A stretch of 64,000 bases of DNA from Cyanophora paradoxa CCMP329 (Eukaryota > Plantae > Glaucophyta), in the NCBI GenBank assembly GCA_004431415.1, contig QPMI01000395.1, forward strand, positions 682,001-746,000. Direction: 5' to 3'. Both the position numbers and the translations under genes were made by a program. A model generated the notes under the pieces. The model was not told the DNA's origin and made no database searches. It saw nothing but the letters and a program-made list of their open reading frames with translations. Of the stretch, positions 1-10,158 are shown one piece after another. How positions within the stretch are numbered: the stretch's first letter is position 1; each line of letters opens with the position of its first letter.

Positions 1-1241
1 CGCCCAGCCTTGTGGAAGCGCACGTCGGCGAGCTATGGACGGATTCCCGCATCGTCCCAATCCTGGACGCCCTGCAGCCGGCAGCCGACCGTCTTGAAGC
101 TTTCAGCCTGAACATGTTCTCGGAGCGGCCGCGGATCGGCCTCTCCAACGGCAACGAGGCGACACGGGCAGCGCTCGAGCGCCTCCGCTTCCCGCGCCTG
201 CAGTCCTTCTCCAGCAGCTTCGGAAATTCCGAGGTCTTGTCTCCGTGGGCCGTTGGAGCCATATTCCCCGGGCTCCGCCGGGTCGAGCTGGCGGTGATGT
301 TCAACCTCGTCGACGAGTACCTCGGCGCCTTCGCGGGATGCGCCGCCCTCGAGAATCTTTCCCTCCGGGAGTCTGTAGACCGCGGGCCGGCGAACGACAA
401 CCCCGTCGGCGGCTACGGCCTCAGGCGCCTCGCCGGCGGTCCCGCCGGCTCCAGCCTTCGCTCGCTCCGCCTGCAGAACCCGTGCGCTGTACCCCCCTTC
501 CGCCCCCCCCCCCTCAAAGCTGACCGTGGCCGTGGCCGCCCCCTCCTCCTCCTTGGCAGGCCCAGCGAGAAGTACCAGCCGGTCCGCCTCGCCGCGGAGG
601 CCGTGCGCGCCCTCCCGCTCTTCCCGAACCTCCGGCGCCTGTCCGGCCCCCTCGAGATCGGGTGCGCACTGTACCCCCCCTCCCTCTCCCCCCCCCACCC
701 TCTGAGCGAACGCAGGCGCACGGTACCCCGCGACGCGATCGCCGCCCTGGCGACGATGCCCTCCCTCGAGCGGGCGGAGCTGGTCTTCCGCGTCGGCTCC
801 GTGGGCGCCGTGGGAGCCGACCAGCTCCTCGGCCTCGCCGCCCTCGTCCGCTCCTCGCCCTCCCTCCGCTCCCTCCCCCTCCTCGTCGGTACCCCTGCTT
901 GACCGCCCCCTCCGATTCGCAACGCCAGCTGACCCGTGACCCCGCGCGCCGCGGCGCCAGAGTGCGACGCGGAGACGCAGATCCCGGCCCTTCAGGAGCT
1001 GGCCGACGCCGCCCGCGGCGCCCCCGCGCTCCGGGTCGCCGCGCAGCTCACCTTCCGCGCCAAGCCGACCCCGAGGGCCGCCGGCGACCCCCTGGGCCGC
1101 CGTCTCCGCCAGCTCCGCGCCTCCCTCCCGCCCGGCCTCGAGCTCCAGCTGGAGCCGCCGGCGCCGCCGGCCCTCTCGGATTGCGGGCACTACCTCTATT
1201 ATGACCAGCCCGCGAAGAGGAAGCGGGACGCGGATCAGTAG
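1..1241 (+). CDS. C-terminal part of an intron-containing RNI-like leucine-rich-repeat protein (probable F-box/LRR family); 5' end outside the window
   Basis: LRR-like segments FPRLQSFS, FPGLRRVEL, CAALENLSL, GLRRLAGGPAGSSLRSLRL, ALPLFPNLRRLSG, MPSLERAEL. Short GT..AG introns at about 482-559 and 662-715. Basic C-terminus PAKRKRDADQ*. Shares motifs with the F-box gene at 45.3-47.3 kb (LEALASGPAARSLK, AMRALPRLAALKQLDG). Confidence 0.65.
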
Positions 1242-1568
1242 GGAGTCCGTACTGGACTAGTACTGGTCTCCGCGCAGCTTCTCATGCTCCCAACTGTTGC
1301 TTTCTTCTGGGAGCATGTTCGGCTGTAATTCCCCTGCGCTGTAGTAGCGGCTGTACATGTTACAGTGTGCACGTGGCGATCATATGCGCATGCATTTGCG
1401 CATTCATTGCATTTTGCTGTACCCCATCCAAACTGTACCCCCCGTCAAATGACCCGGCGTCAGACCCGCCGGTCCCGGCGCCGGACCGGACCTCCAAATT
1501 AAACTCCGGGATCCGCATCTAATCCGCTGCAGCAGCAGCATCAGCAGCAGCAGAAGCCAGCGGCAGCA

Positions 1569-3152
1569 ATGCGTGCAGCAACGACGACGCAGCATGCGCG
1601 GCTGTTGCAGACCTACGCGGTTCGCGCTCCCCCTGCGCCCGCGCACGGTCTCAACATGCGCTGGCGTCCTCCCAGGGCGGGGTTCTCGCCTCCCGGAAAC
1701 GCGCCCTCGCCCTCATCGGGCGCTTCGAGCACCTCAGCATCTTCGCGGACCGGCGCCTCGTCTACATCTTCAGGCAGGGAGGCAACGTAGTGTGCATTCT
1801 TCCGCGGGCTCTCGCCTCCGAGCCGCGAGCGCACGTCTTCTTCCTGGAGCACGTCGACGCCGCCCAGGTTCCTCAGCTGGAGCTTCTGCATCTTCTCAAC
1901 GATGACATCGTCGGCTACGGTCGGCTTCCTGGATCCGACCAGAGTGCCCTCCGGGGAGACGGCCGGCCCCAGCCTGGCAGCCGGGTGGTCGTCGTCAAAG
2001 TTCCTCACGGCTTCCCGACGAACAAGCTCATGTACGTCGTCTTCACCGACGCTGCCGGTTTCGTCGGGGGCTACCTTGCGCGGGCCATGACCAAGATGAA
2101 CGGTTCGCATGCATTCGTTTGGTTCATGTGCACTCTGCCGTAGATCTGACGAGCCGTGACTGATCGCGGCCGCTTGCGCGCGCAGAGGCACATTTCGTCC
2201 CGATTGGGCCGGCAGCGGAGGCGCTCGTCGCGGCCTCCGTCGCAACACCGCTTCCTCCGTTCCTGGTGGCGCTCGTCGACGTTGCCGTGGCGGCGGCGCT
2301 AGCCCCTCTCGCCGGCGAGGACCCGGACAGCATCGACCTTGAGGAGATCCTCAGCTCCCCGATGGTCTGCACGCGCGTCCCTTCTGCCTTCCTCCCTGTC
2401 GCTCCCCTGAGCGCCGGCCCGGCACGCAGGAGCCCTCCGACGCCACCACGACGCCGGTCCGCGCTAAGCCCCCTCGTCGCCTCCTCGCCTCCTCTGCCGT
2501 TGACCCGCCGGGCCCCGCAGGCCTCGGCCACCTCGGCCTCTGACTCGGACTCCGACATCGCGCCGCCCCAGGTTCCTCTCTTGTTGCTCGTTCTGTTTTC
2601 GGCGCAGTTAATCCGTTCTTTTTTTCGGCGCAGGAGGATTCGGTTATGAACGGCGGCTCTGATCTCTCACCGCTCTCCGACGACGAGCTTCTGGTCGGCG
2701 CCAGTACCCCTCTTTCCTGCCCTGATCTGATCCTGTCCACTCCCCTGCAGGACGAGAACTCCCGCCTGGAGGAGGTCATCGGCGTCGGCGAGGTCCCCGT
2801 GCAGGACGATGCGGCGTGGGATTTGTTCAATCACGTCACCGGCCTTCCGGCGCACCTCCTCGGCGACGTCGACGCGAACTGGGCCGCCTCTGCCCTTTGC
2901 AACGTTCGCCTGCCCGCTTCCTTTCCTTTTCCGTCCTTCCCGGGCAACCGAAGGCGCAGGACGCGGAGGAGGGCGCCCCCACCGGCGCCGCGGCCGCCCC
3001 GCCCAGCCTTGGCGAGGACAATGACATGGCGACCCAAGTGTAATCACCTGTCCGGCAACAATTCCTGGCCGCTTTCGGCCTGTGTTGCTTTCCGGTTCGG
3101 TGTAGACATAGGGTCGCTAACGATTTGTCCTGTCCATGAGCTACATGGCTAG
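1569..3152 (+). CDS. Gene (possibly decaying) encoding unknown domain X, copy 1
   Basis: The exon at ~1677-2102 (IFRQGGNVVCILPRALASEP...LLNDDIVGYGRLPGS...PQPGSRVVVVKVPHGFPTNKLMYVVFTDAAG) aligns clearly with ORF 36283-36759(-), including flanking intron positions. An in-frame TGA appears near 2161. Downstream exons and the 3' end are uncertain. Confidence 0.5.
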
Positions 3153-4933
3153 CTCCGGATCCTTTTCTCCTTGGAGCAAGTTGTGAGTTATGGAGCGTCC
3201 TCTTCAGCCGTGTCACAGACTCACATTGTGCCTTTCTAGCCCCGTACGTCTTGTACTTGCGCATATCACAGCCTAGTGTACACAAGAGACCACGATTGCT
3301 CACTGCTCATCGTAGCACGATCGAGATCCCGCGGCCGCGGCGCCGTTTGCTCACTGCAGCTGCTCACTGCCATTGGCAGGCGGCCGCGGCCGCGGGGCCG
3401 GGGGGTGCCGCGCGCTACTCTAGATCTAAAACTTGTCTTTCAAATTCGAGCCTGGTCCTCCGAGGCTCGGTGTGCACGTACCCCCGGGGCACCCCATTCC
3501 GAAGTTCGAATTCCGTCTCGCGCCGCGTGGACGCTGCTTGGACGAGACCCCCGGAGGCCGCCGTGGCCGCACGACCTCGGATTTGAAGAGGGCCTCCGCC
3601 CCGCCGGCCCGCCCCAGCAGGCGGCCGGCTGCAAGAAGTCCTCCGCCGCCCCCAGCTGCAGCGCGCCTCCCGCCTGCGGAGCGTCCGCTGAGGGGGCAGG
3701 GCGCGGGCGGGTGGCTGCGGCTGCACAGGGGCTCCGGCCCAAGCGTCGGTCCCCGTCGAACCGCGAACGGCGCTGCGTCGGCTCCGCGGTACCAGTAGCT
3801 TCAGGTGGCGAGAGCGTCGGGCACGCAGCGTCGTCGGCCCGGCGGCCTGCGATGGCAGAGGGGATCTTTAGGTCGCTCAATAGCGCAGCCGCGGGGCCAG
3901 GCAACGAGAGAGCGGGCCGGCGCCAGGCCTAGGCCTTGTGCACGCTGCGCATGCACGGCCGGCGCCAGCGCCGGCGCCTGCCGGAGGCGCGCCGCGCGCG
4001 CGCGCATAGCGCGCGCGGTTGCCTCTCTCGGCGCCGACGACGGGCCGCGGTCGCGTCGGCCGTGCCCCAACTCTTACGGGCGGATGATCGCGGTGCTCAA
4101 CGGGGGGCCCGGGACGGGGGAGCTGCGAAGCAGCGAAGGCCGCGAAGCCACGAGAGAGAGCAAGCTTCGAGAGAGAGCAGCTGCAAGCATTATTTAAAGC
4201 GTGACTTGGCAGCTGCTGGACCAGGCAGCTGTCATGCTGTCATGCAGACTCATGCTGCTGGAAGGGGTACGTTATCATCAAGTGGCCTTTCCTCGCGGTA
4301 TTGCGGGCCACTCCGGATCCCTTTAAGCTCTGTGTTTCAGCTCTGTCCCTGCTGGTGAAGCTCTTTTACTCCACTCACCTCTGTCGCCGGCCCCCTAATC
4401 TACAACCAGCCGTCAAGTGACCAACTGACCTTCCGGGAATGGGAGAGTCTTGCGGAATCGTGCGCTCGCGGTCTCTCGCACGGAATACGAACGCCTAAGG
4501 CGCCTGCCGCTTTGCAGGTTGCCAGCGCGGCGCCGGCGCCCGCGGCCGCTCCGGCGGTCAACGAGGTTGCCGATGCGGCGCCGGCGCCCGCTTCGGCGGT
4601 CAACGATGATTATGAGGGCGATGATCATGAGGGCGCCGATCATGATACAATTGAGGTCGCGGATATGTTCATCGGCGACCTTGATCATGACAATGAGGAC
4701 CTCGCAACTGGGCTCCCGCTCGGCCTCTGAGGTTAGCCGCGGCCCGCGATTGCGCTGATGGATTACAGGCGATTGGATGTCTGACGTCTTGAGTAGGATG
4801 GCACAGCTTACGAACTTCCGAAGTTCATCGGTTCCCTTACTCTCCATGCTCCAGCCGCTGGGCACGCGATGCAGATTTGGGACCGGCTGTCTTTCTTCAG
4901 ACGTCGACTCGCCGCGGCGCCGCGGCGCCCCTT

Positions 4934-4988
4934 CTAGCTAGCTAGCTATCGTAGCTATAGCTAGCTAGCTATCGTAGCTATAGTCTAG
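4934..4988. repeat. Palindromic (TAGC/CTAG)n low-complexity repeat
   Basis: ctagctagctagctatcgtagctatagctagctagctatcgtagctatagtctag. Confidence 0.8.
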
Positions 4989-5236
4989 TTGTTCACATAG
5001 ATCGACAGCGGTATCGTGCTTCTTATTTCCGCTGTGTATATATACGCACAAGAGTCGTAAGTACAGCGACGTAGAGGGGAGCAGGAACGCAAAAGACGCT
5101 AACGACCGCTAACATTCTGTTCTAAATGCAGAAAAGGGCACATTCTAGTCTTAAACGAGAGCCAGAAGGAGTCGACGAAAGCAGCCTGGCAGACGAAGCT
5201 CAATCTCCAATAGCTGCCGAACTTCTGAACAGCCGA

Positions 5237-8200
5237 TCAGCCGCCGAAGGCCCCGTTGATGCGGAGGCGCTCGAGGGTGAGCTGCGACCCGACGTCCTCG
5301 AGGGCCCCACCCTCCGCAAGGCGCTGGACGGCGCGCGTCTGAGCCAGCGCCGCCCCGTGAGGGAAGCAGGAGGGGCGGGGGCAAAGGAAGAGTAAGAAAC
5401 CGCACCTCGTCGTCAGCGGCGGGGGCGGTCGGCTCGCTGGTCGGCGGCGCCGGGGTGGAGGCGGCCCCGCTGGTGGGGGCGGCGTCGAGGGCAGTGTCGA
5501 GGGTCGCGCGGGCGGCGGCGAGCTCCTCGAGCACGCGGCGGGCCTCCGCCTCGTCCGCCCGCGCCGCCGCGAGGGCCGCCTGCGCCGCCGCCGCCCGCTC
5601 CGCCGCCGACTTGTTGAGGGCGTCGAGCGCGGGGCGCGCCGCCTCCGCCAGCGCCCGCTGCGCCGCCTTGACGACCGCCGGGGACGAGACCGCCGCCGCG
5701 GCCGCCCGCGCGAAGGCGGCGGCCGCCGCGTCGGCGGGGCGGCCGGCCCGAAGCCGGCGGCGGCGAGGGCGGCGCGGTCGACGGAGTAGGCGACGCGCTG
5801 CTTCTCGGCTGCAACAGTTTCGACGACTGGCACCTCCTTGACCTGCGCCGCCCGGGGTCGGAAGCGGTCTCACTGGCGGAGGAAGGGCTGGCTTTGGGGC
5901 CGGGGCTAAGGGCATTGGGTGGGGTGGGTGGGGTGGGTGGGGGGGGGGGGGTGGGGGGGGGGTGGGGGGGGGGTGGGTGGGGGTGGGGGGGGGGGGTGGG
6001 GGACGGGTGGGATCAAGAGCAGCGCCGCGCACCTTCGTCACCGTCCGCTGCTTCACCACCGGCTCCACGCACGGCTCCTGCGGCTGGGGATCAGAAGCGG
6101 CCCGGGCCGGAAGGGGTACAGGGCGGTTCGGGTTCGGCTCGGGGTTCAACTGTTCAGGCGTGGAAAGCGCACCAGCGTGTGCTCGTTGACGTGGCGACGG
6201 CCGACAATTATTCCGAGCAGGCCTGGCACTTCGACTTGTCGAGTTTTTATCTCGTAGAGGCCGCCTTCCGTCGCGTTCCGCCTTCCTGCCACCAGCATAA
6301 CACCCAGCACTGACCACGGCCAGAACGCGTGCTCGTCGTCGTCTCTCCACGTGCGCACGGGCACGTCCTCCATGTACTCCTCTGGCACTGCGAACGCGAG
6401 GGCTCGCCGCGGGCGGAGAAGACACGGCAGGGGCGAGCGCGCACCCTGCTTCTTCACGACACGGGTGCGCGGCTCGTGCTCGACGTACGACTCCTGCACC
6501 TCCACCTCGACCGGCCGGAGCACGGTCTTCTTCTCGGTGACCGTCTCCTTCCACTCGCGCTTCGCCGGCGGTGGGACCGCGCCCCACTGCACCGCCGGGG
6601 ACGCCCCCGCCACCGCCTCCAGCGCCGCGAGGACGGGTCCGGCGCCCAAAGCGGCGAGGGCGGGAGCCGGCACGCCGACAGCGGCGGCGGCGGCGGCGAG
6701 GCGGCCGCGAAGGCGCTCCGCGGACGGTCCGGCGAGCGCCTCCGCCGCCTTCGCGCCGGCCACGCCGGGAACGAGCCGCAGCTCGGCGGCGAGGTACCGC
6801 TCGACCGCCGTGCGCAGCTCTGCCGCCCGCGCCGCCGCCTCCGCCTCCGTTCCCTCCCCACCGCATCCCCCATCCGCCTCCAGAGCAGCGGCGTCGAAGC
6901 GGGCGACGGCCTCAGGCCAGTCGAGTCTATTCCGTGCCGCCGCCCGCGCCGCCGCGTCGCCGCTCGCCAGCGCCGCGCCCGCCGCCAGGACGGCTTGGAC
7001 GCGGTGCGACAGGGCCGCTTCGAAGGGCCCCGCCGCGAGCAGCTCCGGCAGCTCCAGCCCCGCACTCACCGCTGCGCCCCGGCCAGTCAGACGCGCCGGG
7101 GCCGCCGCCAGCGGCGCGGGGGAGGCCGCACCGCGCGAGAAGCTCTCGGCGCACGCGAGCGCTTCCGCAGCAGCGTCCACAGCTCCGGCGCCCTCCTCAG
7201 CGGCAGCCACAGCTCCCGCCAGCTCCGCCTCGGCGCGAACTCCTTGCGGACCTGCGCGGAGTTCGGGTGCGGCTCGGGGTTCAACTGTTCAGGCGTGGAA
7301 AGCGCACCAGCGTGTGCTCGTTGACGTGGCGACGGCCGACAATTATTCCGAGCAGGCCTGGCACTTCGAATTGTCGAGTTTTTATCTCGTAGAGGCCGCC
7401 TTCCGTCGCGTTCCGCCTTCCTGCCACCAGCATAACACCCAGCACTGACCACGGCCAGAACGCGTGCTCGTCGTCGTCTCTCCACGTGCGCACGGGCACG
7501 TCCTCCATGTACTCCTCTGGCACTGCGAACGCGAGGGCTCGCCGCGGGCGGAGAAGACACGGCAGGGGCGAGCGCGCACCCTGCTTCTTCACGACACGGG
7601 TGCGCGGCTCGTGCTCGACGTACGACTCCTGCACCTCCACCTCGACCGGCCGGAGCACGGTCTTCTTCTCGGTGACCGTCTCCTTCCACTCGCGCTTCGC
7701 CGGCGGTGGGACCGCGCCCCACTGCACCGCCGGGGACGCCCCCGCCACCGCCTCCAGCGCCGCGAGGACGGGTCCGGCGCCCAAAGCGGCGAGGGCGGGA
7801 GCCGGCACGCCGACAGCGGCGGCGGCGGCGGCGAGGCGGCCGCGAAGGCGCTCCGCGGACGGTCCGGCGAGCGCCTCCGCCGCCTTCGCGCCGGCCACGC
7901 CGGGAACGAGCCGCAGCTCGGCGGCGAGGTACCGCTCGACCGCCGTGCGCAGCTCTGCCGCCCGCGCCGCCGCCTCCGCCTCCGTTCCCTCCCCACCGCA
8001 TCCCCATCCGCCTCCAGAGCAGCGGCGTCGAAGCGGGCGACGGCCTCAGGCCAGTCGAGTCTATTCCGTGCCGCCGCCCGCGCCGCCGCGTCGCCGCTCG
8101 CCAGCGCCGCGCCCGCCGCCAGGACGGCTTGGACGCGGTGCGACAGGGCCGCTTCGAAGGGCCCCGCCGCGAGCAGCTCCGGCAGCTCCAGCCCCGCACT

Positions 8201-9840
8201 CACCGCTGCGCCCCGGCCAGTCAGACGCGCCGGGGCCGCCGCCAGCGGCGCGGGGGAGGCCGCACCGCGCGAGAAGCTCTCGGCGCACGCGAGCGCTTCC
8301 GCAGCAGCGTCCACAGCTCCGGCGCCCTCCTCAGCGGCAGCCACAGCTCCCGCCAGCTCCGCCTCGGCGCACTGCGCTTCAATCAGAGTGCGTGACGAAA
8401 CTGGGCGGGGCGGGAGGAAAGCGGGTGTGTGCCTCGGCAATGGCCGCGAGGCCGGCGCGGATCTCGTCGGCGGCGGAGGCCGCGAGCTGCCGCCTCGTGT
8501 CGACGTAGAGGGCGCGGAGCCACTCCTCCACCGCCGCCAGTCCGCTCTGCGCTGTCTGAGCGACGGCGGGGGGCAGAGGGCGCAGCGCCGCACCTTCTCG
8601 AGGCCGGCCCGGGCCTTGGCGTGGATCAAATCTTCCGCCTTCTTCAGCCAGTTCTCGCCAAAGAGCTCGACCTTCTCGGCATCCGTGGCGCGGCCGAGCA
8701 AGTAGAGGCGAGCCCGCAGCGCCCCCCGCGCGCTGAACGGCAGGATGCACTCCGGCGAGATCTCCACCTGCACAGGTGTCAGGCGCGAAGCGTTCGAAAA
8801 CGAGCTCGCGCACCCCGGCCTTGCGAAGCTGCGCGCTCACCCACGCCGGCGCGTCGGCGGGCTTCACGCTGCGCTGGTCGTCGGAGCTGTACGCGTCCAC
8901 CTGCGGCGCTCTGCAGTGAGAGATCTGCGGCGGGCTGGGAGGCGCTACGAGGAGGGGTGGACCTTGTTGAGGAGGACCAAGACGCGGGGCCAGGCCTCCC
9001 CGGGGCGGGTCTCGAAAAGGTGCGGGCGCTGCTGCATTAACTGCACGAGCGCCGCCGTCCCCTCCGCCTCGTTCATCTTCGTGTACTCCATCATGACGAT
9101 CACGTAGTTCGCGATGCGGAGGATGCTGTCCGACGCGGCGCTGAGGTGCTCGGCCCCGAACTCGCCCTTGCCCGCCACGTCGAAGAACGAGAAGCGCGCT
9201 TCGTTTGCCGGCAGAGTCTTGAGTAGCTCCAGCGGGGCCTCGACCGTCAAGCGCCCTGCGCGCGGGATCGAAAGATCGCTCGAGGATGGAGCGCGCAGCG
9301 CTGACCGTCGAAGCGAGCCAGGGTGTCGGGATTTGCGCGGGCCTCGTCGTTGATCGCCTCGAGCCGCGCGCGTATGGCCTCTGGTCCCTCCACCAGCTCC
9401 TCGGGCTGGCCACCCGATCCAGCGATGCGGAGAAGCGGAGTTGTGCGGGCCGGTGCATGCAGGACCTCGACCGGCACCGCCGTCTCAGGCTGCACGGCGC
9501 TGCGGAACACAATGAGATGAAATCCAAGTGGCGTTTAATCGATAGGTGCGCACGCGGGCTGCAGGCGATGGCCAAGGAAGGCGTTGAGGGACGTGGACTT
9601 GCCGGCCTTGAAGCGGCCCATGACGGCCACAACGAAGCGCGACTCATCTAGAGAGCGCTTCGTGCTATTGAACATTGGGATGCGCTCGTTGGCGGCCTCC
9701 GCGAGGGCCGATGCGAGCTGGGCGGCGTCTGGAGTGCGCCGGCGACCCGCACGCCCGGCTGCCTGCGCTGCGGACGTGGCTGCATTGATCGCAGCGACGA
9801 CCGAAGCGACGATCGCAGCGACGACCCCGTGAAGCTGCAT
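5237..9840 (-). CDS. Bacterial-dynamin-like GTPase, type A, copy A1 (multi-exon, with an internal 1.1-kb duplication)
   Basis: G1 FVVAVMGRFKAGKST, G2 region QPETAVPV, G3 FFDVAG, EYTKMNEAE, G4 LLNK|VD. BDLP-type PFSARGALRAR and SGLAAVEEWLRALY motifs, Ala-rich helical trunk, charged hairpin insert. Last exon ..LERLRINGAFGG*. Start codon approximate. Confidence 0.8.
6135..8370. repeat. Near-identical tandem duplication inside A1 (6135-7236 vs 7270-8370, period 1135 bp)
   Basis: Direct comparison found only about 2 differences (one substitution, one C-run indel). It covers the trunk and tip exons. Confidence 0.9.
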
Positions 9841-10158
9841 TCGAGGACGAATTCGCCGGACAAGGCTGGAGCAGCGGGAATGCTAGCGCAACTGAGACAG
9901 GCGCGATCGAGCTGCATCTTCTGGAGGTCTCTTGACCGCTTTGAATTCAACTGACCTGGTCGAGAGACGCACAGTCAAGCAACGGTTGGGGTACCTGTTA
10001 AGATCAAATCACAGGTCAAGCGACCCAAGTCACTCGTCGAAGCGCAGGCGAGATGGAGCGGTACTCGCAGAGAGGCCGAGACCTCACTCGCTTTCGGTCA
10101 GCCACCCAGCGAAGCCAGCCAGGCCGCGCTCGTCACCGCAAGCGACGCAGCGATATAG
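9841..10158. promoter_or_regulatory. Bidirectional promoter region between A1 and B1
   Basis: ~320 bp between divergent starts. Contains GGGGTACCTGTTAAGATCAAATCACAGGTCAAGCGACC (9988-10025), conserved in all three pairs. Confidence 0.6.

Noticed and set aside
3300-4870. Possible gene with an acidic last exon (NDDYEGDDHEGADHD..LPLGL*)
   Set aside because: No coherent spliced model or motif could be built. It may be a decayed gene.
5914-6003. Poly-G/C tracts (also ~25540-25620, 26570-26810, 31585-31608, 43418-43495) as functional G-quadruplexes or poly-Pro exons
   Set aside because: They lie in introns, are not conserved at homologous introns of paralogs, and have error-prone lengths.
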